This document shows, one piece after another, positions 34,061-43,421 of a DNA stretch of 54,654 bases. The stretch spans positions 1-54,654 of the forward strand of contig JAFGJD010000006.1 of the NCBI GenBank assembly GCA_016929235.1. The letters are read 5' to 3'. Made by a program: the position numbers and the translations under genes. A model generated the notes under the pieces. The model did no database searches, had not been told where the DNA came from, and worked only from the letters and a program-made list of their open reading frames with translations. The DNA comes from Candidatus Babeliales bacterium. Its GTDB lineage: Bacteria > Babelota > Babeliae > Babelales > JABCYS01. Every line of letters begins with the position of its first letter. Positions within the stretch are counted from its first letter, which is position 1.

Positions 34061-34579
34061 CTACAAAGTAAAATCGTTGTCCAGTATATCGTCTAATGTT
34101 TCTGGTTCTTCATTCTCTTCTTCATCATCAATTTCTGTTTCTGACTTTTCATAGAACTCTCGAATTACTTCCAGAATATCGCGCTTAAGTCCTACATGAA
34201 ATTGAATGTCAGCGGAAACATAATCGCCTAAAATTGGTAGTAAATTTGGATCACTCGGATTACTTGCAATCACAATCAAAATGTTTCCATCAAGTTCATA
34301 AGGAATCATTGCATTCCGTGTAAGCACATCTTCAGGAATATTGGTAAGCAGCTCTCTATCAAAAAAGAGTCCAATCACATCTGTTGCGGGAACGTTGTAG
34401 TACGAGCTCAAAGCTCGTAGGAGCGCTTGCTCATCTACAAGCCCCTCTTCTAAAAGAAAATCATCAAAACTTTCTTTTGAACTTTTTTCAAATTCCTGTA
34501 CGTAGATTTGCGCATCCTCTTTCGTTATGCTTCCCGTATTCAACAGAATTTTTGAGAGACCTTCAACAAACGATGCCAT
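34061..34579 (-). CDS. Stand-alone GspE/PilB N-terminal (MshEN/T2SSE_N-like) domain protein
   Basis: LSKILLNTGSIT...FLLEEGLVDEQALLRALS.YY.VP; NPSD; acidic tail. Confidence 0.8.
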   Translation of the reverse strand: MASFVEGLSKILLNTGSITKEDAQIYVQEFEKSSKESFDDFLLEEGLVDEQALLRALSSYYNVPATDVIGLFFDRELLTNIPEDVLTRNAMIPYELDGNILIVIASNPSDPNLLPILGDYVSADIQFHVGLKRDILEVIREFYEKSETEIDDEEENEEPETLDDILDNDFTL

Positions 34580-34585
34580 ACAGCA

Positions 34586-34981
34586 TTACCCCACTTTTGT
34601 GCCAAAAATAAAACCTACTACGACACAAACAACATGCGTCACATGCGATTGTGCCCACGCAAACCACACCCGCGTGACACCATCAATAGTATCCGTCGGC
34701 GCAATGCCTGTCATGTCTTTAAATTTATCCCAGTTAAATATAAAAAAACCAACCCCCATATACTCAACTACCTTAATCAAAAGAAACATAGCAAGAAATA
34801 GAATTATAACGGAACGCAAATACCGTTTGATTAAAAAACCGCAAGCAAACCCAACACCTACGTATGAGACGAGCTCTGTTGCGGTATTTGCGGACAAGTC
34901 AAAACGTTGCAAAAAGTTACCCCATGAAAAACCCGAAAACCATCCTTGTGGTTGTACAGGTACCGGGCCCAGATTATTCAT
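34586..34981 (-). CDS. FUN14-family membrane protein
   Basis: GVGFACGFLIKRY...GFFIFNWDKF...GFIFGTKVG pattern. Confidence 0.75.
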   Translation of the reverse strand: MNNLGPVPVQPQGWFSGFSWGNFLQRFDLSANTATELVSYVGVGFACGFLIKRYLRSVIILFLAMFLLIKVVEYMGVGFFIFNWDKFKDMTGIAPTDTIDGVTRVWFAWAQSHVTHVVCVVVGFIFGTKVG

Positions 34982-35059
34982 TATATCTCCTCACATATCG
35001 AAACTTTATGCCATACGTATTATGGCTGAGTATAAAGAGAGATAGGAGGGTATAGCAAG

Positions 35060-35091
35060 AAAAAAAAGGGAACACCTTTGATGGTGTCCCC
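35060..35091 (-). terminator. Rho-independent terminator after hup
   Basis: GGGGACACC-ATCAAA-GGTGTTCCC followed by T8 on the minus strand. Confidence 0.85.
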
Positions 35092-35112
35092 CATACTTCC
35101 AAGTGAACCGGT

Positions 35113-35385
35113 CTAGCGCACCTTACCACGAAGGGCTTTACCTGGTTTGAACTTAGGAACCTTCTTCGCAGGGATGGTCATCTTTTTACCTGTTGCTGGA
35201 TTTACACCCGTGCGTGCTTTTCTCTTGATGTTGGTAAACGTCCCGAAACCTGTAAGAACCACTTGCTTGTTGGTTTTTAGAGCGCCGCCGACGACTTCGA
35301 TGAACGCTTCCAAACAATCTTTACAGTTTGTTTTGGAAGTCTTGGTCAAGCGAGCCATCTTTTCGACTACCATTGCTTTGTTCAT
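35113..35385 (-). CDS. hup: DNA-binding protein HU
   Basis: MNKA...GFGTF...RTGVNPATG...FKPGK. Confidence 0.96.
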   Translation of the reverse strand: MNKAMVVEKMARLTKTSKTNCKDCLEAFIEVVGGALKTNKQVVLTGFGTFTNIKRKARTGVNPATGKKMTIPAKKVPKFKPGKALRGKVR

Positions 35386-35450
35386 TTAACTTCCTTTGCT
35401 CCTGAAATGTCATCATGAGCAGGGCTAAATAAAACTAGTACTCTGGATGA

Positions 35451-35479
35451 ACAATAGTGACACAAAATTCTTTTGTCAA
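35451..35479 (-). promoter_or_regulatory. Putative sigma70 promoter for hup
   Basis: TTGACA-N17-TATTGT on the minus strand. Confidence 0.6.
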
Positions 35480-35559
35480 GGAAGAAGATACAACATTATT
35501 TTTATGTTGTTTTTACCGTAAAAAAAGGTTTTTTGCATGACATGATTGGGAGCACGTTT

Positions 35560-35645
35560 TGGTACCGAGGGCCGGACTCGAACCGGCACGAGCAAAAGCC
35601 CGAGGGATTTTAAGTCCCTTGCGTCTACCATTCCGCCACCCCGGT
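35560..35645 (-). tRNA. tRNA-Leu(UAA)
   Basis: AGGGA-CTTAAAA-TCCCT anticodon arm, long variable arm, GGTTCGAGTCC, CCA end. Confidence 0.96.
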
Positions 35646-35652
35646 ACTTATT

Positions 35653-35726
35653 TGGAGGCGACACCCGGATTCGAACCGGGGATCAGGGTTTTGCAGACCC
35701 ATGCCTTACCACTTGGCTATGTCGCC
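35653..35726 (-). tRNA. tRNA-Cys(GCA)
   Basis: GGCGACATAGCCAAGTGGTAAGGC...CTGCAAA loop...GGTTCGAATCC...CCA. Confidence 0.96.
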
Positions 35727-35741
35727 TTTACGTTCATATTA

Positions 35742-36206
35742 CTATAATAATCCATAGTCGACCATATGCTGGTGCAGGGTCTCTGCCGTGATATGATCTG
35801 CATCATCCCAATAATCCAGCGGCCGCTCATTTTCCCCTGTTAAATAACCAGACTGTGCCGGCCCTTCAGTTGGAAAACCAAGCTGATACCACTCAGCAAT
35901 TCCACCCTCGTATGCCTTTACATCGGTAAATCCAAGAGCCTTGAGTCGATCTCTGGCTATACCACTTGCTGTACAGGAATAATTAGAACAATAGAACACA
36001 ACAGGAACATTTTTATCCACTTTGGTAGCAAAATCATCTACCAAATCAAATGGGACACTGACTGATCCTTTGATGTGGCAATCAAGAAATAGCTTTTTAT
36101 CTAGAACATTAATGACCAAATAGGAATCATTGTAAATCGTCTTCCCCACAGCACATCCCAGGAGAATAACCGATAAGCTTGCTAGCAAAATGCCAAGTCT
36201 CTTCAT
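35742..36206 (-). CDS. Rhodanese-domain protein, probable lipoprotein
   Basis: Lipobox LLGC; HIKGS, FYCS...C, YEGGIAEW. Confidence 0.85.
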   Translation of the reverse strand: MKRLGILLASLSVILLGCAVGKTIYNDSYLVINVLDKKLFLDCHIKGSVSVPFDLVDDFATKVDKNVPVVFYCSNYSCTASGIARDRLKALGFTDVKAYEGGIAEWYQLGFPTEGPAQSGYLTGENERPLDYWDDADHITAETLHQHMVDYGLL

Positions 36207-36273
36207 AGTATTTTCTATCCTTTGTTACGAGAGATACAAAGTAGCAGAATCATTTTAGGAGGCAAGCTCTCAT

Positions 36274-37122
36274 TTATGAAACCACCTTAAGACAGCGCCG
36301 CCATCTCACTTTAGACCAAAATCCGATAGGGTGTTTTAACAGATCAAGTATCCACCAGGATTCAGAACTATCTACTGAGAAAATGCACACTTTAATTTTT
36401 CCGTGTATGAGATTCCCATCTAGAATGCCCCATGTCCGCGAATCAGAGCTGCCCAATCGATTATCGCCCATAACCCAATACTGATCGGGTCCAAGTACTA
36501 CTTTGAACGTATCTGCCCCAGGCGCATCAATCTTTGTTCCAGGATGCTTTATGGTACGCATGCCAACCTGTTTGATGTATCGTTGTGCACGCCGTACGTC
36601 AAATGCATCCATATTATAAAATGGCTGATCATAATATGGCCGCTTAGGATCATACGAACGCCATGTATATGCAGAGACAGGAACGAGAGGGTATTTGTTA
36701 AGATATGGTTCGTCTAATTTTTTTCCGTTAACGTAGACCACTGGCTTATCATCTTCAATCTTACCCTCTACGGTATCGCCAGGAATACCAATGACACGCT
36801 TGGTCCAGTTCGCAGGTCCCCAAACATATTTTTGCCAAAGGAATACAACAGAATTTGACGAATAATCATATGTCGGATCATTAAAGGTAATAATTTCGCT
36901 ATTTTTAGGAGGAGAAAACATGATAGTAAACTTATCAGCAAAAAAGCGCTCACCGACCAACATGGTTGTTTCCATAGAACCCGTTGGCACCTGATAAAGA
37001 CCAAAAATAACAGTTCGAATCAAGAAGGCAATAACAATAATAACAACAAGTTCACGAGCTTCTTTTTTTAGTCGTTCTTTTTTGCTTTCAGTAAACAACC
37101 ATGCCTTAAGGGCTTCTAGCAT
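36274..37122 (-). CDS. lepB: Signal peptidase I (copy 2)
   Basis: PTGSMETTM (Ser), WTKRVIG (Lys), GDNRLGSSDSR. Confidence 0.95.
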   Translation of the reverse strand: MLEALKAWLFTESKKERLKKEARELVVIIVIAFLIRTVIFGLYQVPTGSMETTMLVGERFFADKFTIMFSPPKNSEIITFNDPTYDYSSNSVVFLWQKYVWGPANWTKRVIGIPGDTVEGKIEDDKPVVYVNGKKLDEPYLNKYPLVPVSAYTWRSYDPKRPYYDQPFYNMDAFDVRRAQRYIKQVGMRTIKHPGTKIDAPGADTFKVVLGPDQYWVMGDNRLGSSDSRTWGILDGNLIHGKIKVCIFSVDSSESWWILDLLKHPIGFWSKVRWRRCLKVVS

Positions 37123-37133
37123 TGATATCTTCC

Positions 37134-37973
37134 TTATAGTTTTTTAAACGAACGATTCCAGCGCACCGAGTTCCAAAAAGAAAAAGGATGGTGAATCAAA
37201 TCAAAGATCCACCATGATGCGCGACTATCAACAGACCAGAGACGGTAGATAACCTTACCATGAATCAAGGATTCATCCAAGACGCCCCAATCACGAGAAT
37301 CACAGCTTCCTAAACGATTATCACCCATTACCCAATATTGCCCTTTACCAAGCCAGACATCAAACTCATCCGTCCCTCTCTCCCCAACGACTGGTGCATC
37401 AGGACGTTTGACAACCTCCTGCCCATGATTTTCATACCATTTTTTTGCGCTTTCAATCTGCTGAGTATCAAAACGATAAAATGGTTGCTCTTCCAGTGCC
37501 AATTCGGGATCATACACTCGCCACGTATCACGATACGGATCAATAGGCATAAGTGGATACGTATTCACATACGGCTCATCCAAATGTTTCCCATTCAGAT
37601 AAATAACCGGCTTTCCGTTTTCAATTCTTCCAACAACATGGTCCCCGGGAATACCAATCACACGCTTTGTTAAATTACGCGGGCCCCACAAATATTTCTG
37701 CACAATAAGCTTCATTCCAGACGATGCATATTCAAAATTAGGATCGTTAAATGTAATGACATCACCTCGCTGTACCGGCTGAAAAAGCACACTAAATTTA
37801 TCAGCAAAGAATCTCTCACCAACCAACATGGTCGGCTCCATCGAGCTACTTGGTACCTGATATAAACCATAGCCAAATGTACGAACAAGTAATGCAACCG
37901 GCAAAACAACAATTAACGCCTGAATATATTCAACAACAACATCCAAATTTCTTTTTTTTAACCACTGAATCAC
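37134..37973 (-). CDS. lepB: Signal peptidase I (copy 1)
   Basis: PSSSMEPTM, LTKRVIG, GDNRLGSCDSR. Confidence 0.95.
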   Translation of the reverse strand: MIQWLKKRNLDVVVEYIQALIVVLPVALLVRTFGYGLYQVPSSSMEPTMLVGERFFADKFSVLFQPVQRGDVITFNDPNFEYASSGMKLIVQKYLWGPRNLTKRVIGIPGDHVVGRIENGKPVIYLNGKHLDEPYVNTYPLMPIDPYRDTWRVYDPELALEEQPFYRFDTQQIESAKKWYENHGQEVVKRPDAPVVGERGTDEFDVWLGKGQYWVMGDNRLGSCDSRDWGVLDESLIHGKVIYRLWSVDSRASWWIFDLIHHPFSFWNSVRWNRSFKKL

Positions 37974-37987
37974 TCCACACTCCCTTT

Positions 37988-38857
37988 TTATGCTAAATAA
38001 TGCAATGGATTCACCTGCTTACCATGCGCATACACCTCAAAGTGTAAGTGGTCTGCAAGCCGACCCGACTTCCTAACCAATCCCGTGTCTCCGACAAGGC
38101 CCAATGTTTGACCCTGTTGTACTCTATCACCAACGCGACACGTAATACTATGTAAATGTGCATACCGTGTTTTGTATTTTTTGTTATGCGCAACCACAAC
38201 TGTCTTTCCATATCCCTTATTCACACCAGCTTCAATCACCACACCACTCCGTGCCGCATACACCGGCGTTCCCTTCATCGCAGCCATATCAATTCCATAG
38301 TGGAAACCCCATGAGCGATTTGGATTGCGACGTGCACCATAAAACGAACTTATCCAGAACCTAGATCGATCCAGGGGCCATGACAATTCAATATCACGAG
38401 GCTGTTTCGTATGTTTTTTGGAGCGCAATTGACGCGATAACAATGATCCATGCTGTTTGCTGATAGAACGACGTTTGCGAGAGGAAGTTTTTTTATTCTG
38501 TGCATCAAGATGAACAAGCAAATTGCCCAGATTGCGCTCACGAATATACTCTTCTAGGGACTCTTTGAGATACGCTGGCTCACGATTCACAACAAGGAAC
38601 GGTTGTTCTTTTTTTTTTTCATCGTCACTCGCAATAAACGGGACAAGCTCATCAGGAGTACGAGACCGCGCAAATTCGGGAATCGCTTTTTGAAATGCAA
38701 CAGTATAAGTATGGTACTCTTCTTGAAGCTCCATTACGCGGTTCATCTGTTGTCGTAATTTACCATGCGAGTACACCAATAAACATGACATCGACGCCAT
38801 CGTACCCAAAAGAAAAACGGTAATAACTTTTAACGAAAAGGCCGAATCATATCTCAT
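37988..38857 (-). CDS. M23-family metallopeptidase
   Basis: HYGID, YAHL, HLHFEV; N-terminal TM. Confidence 0.93.
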   Translation of the reverse strand: MRYDSAFSLKVITVFLLGTMASMSCLLVYSHGKLRQQMNRVMELQEEYHTYTVAFQKAIPEFARSRTPDELVPFIASDDEKKKEQPFLVVNREPAYLKESLEEYIRERNLGNLLVHLDAQNKKTSSRKRRSISKQHGSLLSRQLRSKKHTKQPRDIELSWPLDRSRFWISSFYGARRNPNRSWGFHYGIDMAAMKGTPVYAARSGVVIEAGVNKGYGKTVVVAHNKKYKTRYAHLHSITCRVGDRVQQGQTLGLVGDTGLVRKSGRLADHLHFEVYAHGKQVNPLHYLA

Positions 38858-39525
38858 AGGACTTCAATAGCTCTTCCTTCAATCCAACCACGGACACTCC
38901 TATCCCCCGCTCTCACTTTATACCATCCTTGTTCATGTTGATAAAGAACGAGTTCGCACGCAGCAGAAACATTACAGCGTTGCGGATAGGTTGATGCAGG
39001 ACCAGCGTATAACGTTGTATCATTGATAACAAATGCTCGCGCGCTTTGCTCGCGAGTATACACAAAGTACGCAAGAAAAAAAGATAGCAATGAAACCATA
39101 ATCATTCCTGATCGAAGCACTACACCACCCCAACCAAAGACCAACAAAAGCATCAAGCATAATGCACATATAAGCGCACTAATCTGCCACACCCAACGCG
39201 GAATCACCACCAAACATTCGTTCATCATACGCTTGTACCAACCCTGCCATGAACGATCAATGTGTTGTCCCAATTCACTCTTGATAATATCAATATTATA
39301 GAGACTATCACGTAAGATCTGACCGTCGGCACCACGCGCGGCTCGCTCAAATGCAACTAATGCACGAGGCAGTCGATTAAGGTGATATAAGCCCAATCCA
39401 ATCATATACCAATCTGCAACGGTTTTCTGCTCCAACGCCTGGTGCTCATGTACAACTTTGCGCCAATCAGTATCATTCGCCTGCAGCGACATCATTACAC
39501 ATGATATGAGTACAAGTCGTTTCAT
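38854..39525 (-). CDS. BatE-like protein (TPR, two TMs, SH3-like domain)
   Basis: Signal, TPR-like helix pair, TM pair, LYAGP...GWYKV...GWI. Confidence 0.72.
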   Translation of the reverse strand: MKRLVLISCVMMSLQANDTDWRKVVHEHQALEQKTVADWYMIGLGLYHLNRLPRALVAFERAARGADGQILRDSLYNIDIIKSELGQHIDRSWQGWYKRMMNECLVVIPRWVWQISALICALCLMLLLVFGWGGVVLRSGMIMVSLLSFFLAYFVYTREQSARAFVINDTTLYAGPASTYPQRCNVSAACELVLYQHEQGWYKVRAGDRSVRGWIEGRAIEVL

Positions 39526-41210
39526 AATCGCTTCTCAAATCTTTGCAACCACACCTTTGACGACCGCACTAGATCTTCATCATACGCTTTTGCACTAAAC
39601 GCATGCTCTGCATAACGAAGAAAATCTTTACGCCATGATTTAAGGTAATCCTCCATGCCAATTTTTCGCAAACACTGCTCAATAAATAATTCCGACACCT
39701 CCTGCTCAGAGACACTACAACGATCCGCAAACAATGAGATCCATGCCTTGTAGAGTGCAACCGGATTACGATCACGCGCACAGACGGCAAACCGCCTCCT
39801 GGCACGCCGATAGGCAAATCGATATCGCAACTGCCTATTATACTTACGGCGATACCATCGTCCCAACCGCCACATACCGTAACCACCGCCTCCACCAAAG
39901 ATCGCGCAACATGCAAGTACTATAAGCCACCATGCAAATCGGGATGATTCACGATGTAATGGTAGTGGTCGAAGCGACTCCTTTCCACCATGAGGATCAT
40001 CCTGAACTAATGACGATGACTGCAATGTCACAGGTCCACTCTGAGATAAGGCCGAAGTAATTTTAAGCAAATGTGGTAATGTCGGATGCGTAGAATACTC
40101 ACCCACCGTATAATCAAAGAACGTGTAAGTTTGTTCAGGAATCCCATGTACTCCTTCTTGAGAAGCCTGAACCACATACTCAAACGTTTTATCCCACCCA
40201 TATTCATGGCGCATTATTGATGATGTGGAATCGTAATAGCGTAATCCTTGCGGCAAATGTAGCGGTGGAGCTTCAAGCCCTTCAACATTTCCTTCTCCCG
40301 AGACCGTCAGCCTCACAACAATACCCTCTCCCACTTTGGCGCTCTCGTGTTCACAAGAAAGTTCAGTTCGCGTGATATGGCCAATACCGTGTACCACTCC
40401 ATCGTAGGAAGGCAATGGTTTTACCCTGATAGGACAGGCATTAGATTGCACAATAATTTGTTCTTTTGATTGCCCAAACATGTCATCAAATAAGAAACTC
40501 ATACGATGACGTTTGACTGGAACCGCACACGGTACCGACAGCGAAGGCACAATGTGCTCACCAGGTGTATACTGATATAACTCAAGTGTATGTTCAATAA
40601 CACGCTCACGGTTACGCACAAATTCTCTTGTTGTACTTGGATCAACTGCACCAATAACCCAACCAGGAAAATCAGCATTTAGCGCCTGTATGATCTGCAC
40701 TCCTTCGGCAGCGCAAAAGGACATCGTAACCTTAAGCGGTTCACCAATAAATACCGAATCTTTTTCTGCTTTTAATTCGAGTCTAGCCTTCTGTTCCATT
40801 TGTGGTTCATCATACACAGGAGTATTACCCACCGTAATCTCAAGAGGCTCTGATGTACTTATCTGTCTCTCCAGCTTGAGAACAGCGGGCCCAACTGTAT
40901 ACGTATCCTGCATATCACATCTAACAGTGTGATAATAGCTCACCGTACTTTCTGTTACGCCGTTGATAACATGAAGTGTTGACGCAACATGCACTGATCC
41001 TTGCTCAAAGTCCTCCAGCCCCTCAATCTGTGGAGCTTCTTCAATTTGCTGCTCGCTGGTCACCGTTGCCACAAGATAAAATGGGATTCCAACTGCTGGC
41101 TGCTCAAGCGGTTGTTTATGAATATCACACAACGAGAGTGACACCGATGGCTTCCCAGCAAAGCTGCTCGCAATCATACACAAAAAAAGGCTACCAATTC
41201 TTCTGACCAT
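39522..41210 (-). CDS. BatD-like protein
   Basis: Signal, INGV, VGPA, VKPLP, SGEGN, C-terminal TM; position in the bat cluster. Confidence 0.8.
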   Translation of the reverse strand: MVRRIGSLFLCMIASSFAGKPSVSLSLCDIHKQPLEQPAVGIPFYLVATVTSEQQIEEAPQIEGLEDFEQGSVHVASTLHVINGVTESTVSYYHTVRCDMQDTYTVGPAVLKLERQISTSEPLEITVGNTPVYDEPQMEQKARLELKAEKDSVFIGEPLKVTMSFCAAEGVQIIQALNADFPGWVIGAVDPSTTREFVRNRERVIEHTLELYQYTPGEHIVPSLSVPCAVPVKRHRMSFLFDDMFGQSKEQIIVQSNACPIRVKPLPSYDGVVHGIGHITRTELSCEHESAKVGEGIVVRLTVSGEGNVEGLEAPPLHLPQGLRYYDSTSSIMRHEYGWDKTFEYVVQASQEGVHGIPEQTYTFFDYTVGEYSTHPTLPHLLKITSALSQSGPVTLQSSSLVQDDPHGGKESLRPLPLHRESSRFAWWLIVLACCAIFGGGGGYGMWRLGRWYRRKYNRQLRYRFAYRRARRRFAVCARDRNPVALYKAWISLFADRCSVSEQEVSELFIEQCLRKIGMEDYLKSWRKDFLRYAEHAFSAKAYDEDLVRSSKVWLQRFEKRL

Positions 41211-42276
41211 ACTGTCCCGACATTGTTTGTAAGACATGTTCTCTGATCATTTTTTTATACTGCACCGTGTCGTAACGTTCAACCTGTGCAAGCAAGGCTT
41301 CTGTTTTTTCGTCATAAATTTCACCCGCCTGTGGCTCAACTACGTCATGCGACTGAAGTTCCATCTTTTGGCCATCAGTGGCATTCTGTTGCGCCGTTGA
41401 AATATCTTGAGGTGAGCGCCCACTCATGTCATCTCGCGCAATATCTGCCTGTTCTTTTTTCTGATCTTGGCGATTACCAAACTGATCTTGTTCTGATGCA
41501 ACATCCTGTTTAGGAGATTGTTTTTCCTGCGTGCTATCGTCACCATTTTGCTTTTGATCAGGCTCCTGTGGATCATTGTTCTGATCTTCACGGATATTGT
41601 CTTGAGGATCATCGCTCTTAGAATAATCACCTGCCTCTAATTCAGATGGATCGCTTCGATCACCGTTATCCTCTTGATGTTTATCAGAATCTTGTCGTTG
41701 TTGCTGTCGATCTTCGTTTTTATCGTGAGGCTCAGATTCACCATCTTCTGAGTCTGAGTGATGCTGTTCTTGTTGTTGCTGTTGTTTTTGTTTATTTTTG
41801 AGATTTTTTTCATGCTCTTGTCGTTGGTGGTCCTGCTCTTGCTGTTCCTGCTTCTCAAGCATCTGCCGCACAACATCTGCGTTATGTTGTGCTCGTTTGT
41901 GGCCTGGATGCAACCGCAAGACATCCGTGTATGCTTGCAGCGCTGATTGGAGATTTTTCAACTGGACCGATTCGTTGCCCATATTGAAATATGCTTGTTC
42001 CAGAAATGATTGCGGTTGTGTGTCGATACCATATCGCACTGCACGATCAAAACAATGATATGCAAGCTCATGCTCCCCCTGCGCGTGATATACACATCCC
42101 GCATCATAGTTCACGACAGGATCTGAAAAAAATTCTGTTAGCAGATCTTTGCACAGCTCTTGTAAGACACTGCAATCATCGCTGACAAGACGCGCGTGCT
42201 GATAGTAACCGAAAGGACCTGCTGCCTGAACCAAGGTGCACCAGCATAATAACGCATAGCAGATCTTAAACATCAC
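41191..42276 (-). CDS. BatC-like TPR protein with Q/D-rich low-complexity tail
   Basis: AYFNMGN...AQHN TPR; poly-Q/D region; C-terminal KNW. Confidence 0.82.
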   Translation of the reverse strand: MMFKICYALLCWCTLVQAAGPFGYYQHARLVSDDCSVLQELCKDLLTEFFSDPVVNYDAGCVYHAQGEHELAYHCFDRAVRYGIDTQPQSFLEQAYFNMGNESVQLKNLQSALQAYTDVLRLHPGHKRAQHNADVVRQMLEKQEQQEQDHQRQEHEKNLKNKQKQQQQQEQHHSDSEDGESEPHDKNEDRQQQRQDSDKHQEDNGDRSDPSELEAGDYSKSDDPQDNIREDQNNDPQEPDQKQNGDDSTQEKQSPKQDVASEQDQFGNRQDQKKEQADIARDDMSGRSPQDISTAQQNATDGQKMELQSHDVVEPQAGEIYDEKTEALLAQVERYDTVQYKKMIREHVLQTMSGQYGQKNW

Positions 42277-42279
42277 TGA

Positions 42280-42756
42280 TTAATATCCCAGAGCTGCTGC
42301 GTCTGACATTTCACACATATGTACATCATGGGCGCTGCGGCCTTTGCCATTAAGGGCATTGGGATCGGCCCCAAGCTGTAAAAGACATTCTCTCAGCGCC
42401 ATAATTTGTTCCTGTGAAAGAGATTTATTATAGATCGCCTTTCCACTCCAACGAGCGACTAGGTGCAATGGCTGATCTCCCTCAACCTCCATCTTACCTC
42501 TTACCATCGTTAACTCACAACTTGGCGAATCAAGAAACACGCGAGTTTCTGGCTCTCCTGGTTTAAATTTCTGTAACAATTCCAACGCCTCTACAAACTT
42601 TGTCTGTCCTAAAAGCTTTTCAAAGTGCTCGCGCGCCTCTTGAGCGCGTTTCAATGAAGTACGTACCAATGCAGTGTGTGCTTGGACTAAAGATTCTTGT
42701 TCGTCCATAGCATGCACACATACACATGCAAGGCTCATCATAATCACATATTTCAT
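42280..42756 (-). CDS. Secreted single-ankyrin-repeat-like protein A
   Basis: Signal ...VHA|MDE; GDQPLHLVA...LLQLGADPNALNGKGRSA. Confidence 0.75.
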   Translation of the reverse strand: MKYVIMMSLACVCVHAMDEQESLVQAHTALVRTSLKRAQEAREHFEKLLGQTKFVEALELLQKFKPGEPETRVFLDSPSCELTMVRGKMEVEGDQPLHLVARWSGKAIYNKSLSQEQIMALRECLLQLGADPNALNGKGRSAHDVHMCEMSDAAALGY

Positions 42757-42839
42757 AGGTGTCCGCCTTCTCTAACAATTGTGTTTATTATAAAGCGCTT
42801 CTCCTACCCCAACATTAATCTGCGCATATTACATATTAG

Positions 42840-43349
42840 TTAGTCATTCTCATGTGGAAGAGCAACTGCTATACGACCCCGCCGAAGCATCTTCAAATCA
42901 AGTTTTATCCCCAGACTGGCTGCCGCACATGCCATACCATAACGATACTTGTGTTCTGGAGTACCACTCAAAAAATTCAGCGCATCTTTACGCGCACCAA
43001 GCTGTAAAAGTCGATTTTGCAGCTCTTCGAGTTTTTCAACAGAAAGGTTCTTTTCATAGACAGCTTTGCCTAATAAGAAAGACACACAATGTAATGGTGT
43101 ATCACCAGTTGGTCCCGTAGCACTCTGAAGAAAAGCCACAGTCATGCCTGAGCCTCGATTAAGAGAGTCCAACACTCCCATGGCCTTTTCAAAATTATGA
43201 GCATGCAGGTGAAATGCAAATATATCTCCTATTCCAGGACCAGCGTATTCCGAAGGACCGGGTTTCTGCAATACGTCACCAACGACCCGATCCATTGCAT
43301 GCATCGAGAAGCAAAAAAAACTCATAAGAGACACAAAACAATATTTCAT
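42840..43349 (-). CDS. Secreted single-ankyrin-repeat-like protein B (paralogue of A)
   Basis: Signal ...MHA|MDR; GDTPLHCVS...LLQLGARKDALN. Confidence 0.75.
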   Translation of the reverse strand: MKYCFVSLMSFFCFSMHAMDRVVGDVLQKPGPSEYAGPGIGDIFAFHLHAHNFEKAMGVLDSLNRGSGMTVAFLQSATGPTGDTPLHCVSFLLGKAVYEKNLSVEKLEELQNRLLQLGARKDALNFLSGTPEHKYRYGMACAAASLGIKLDLKMLRRGRIAVALPHEND

Positions 43350-43421
43350 ATCAAGACTCCATCAAGACCTACCATGCTATAATCCTCCATCTTAAAATAG
43401 ACCCCCATTTCCATCATGCAT

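Noticed and set aside
34527..35045. 172-aa plus-strand ORF
   Set aside because: Antisense shadow of the FUN14-like gene; no RBS or domain
35476..35791. Short ORFs of 62-81 aa
   Set aside because: They overlap the tRNA-Leu and tRNA-Cys genes
41400..41860. Repetitive CAA/GAT-rich stretch as a possible tandem repeat or CRISPR
   Set aside because: It encodes the Q/D-rich linker typical of BatC; no fixed repeat-spacer periodicity
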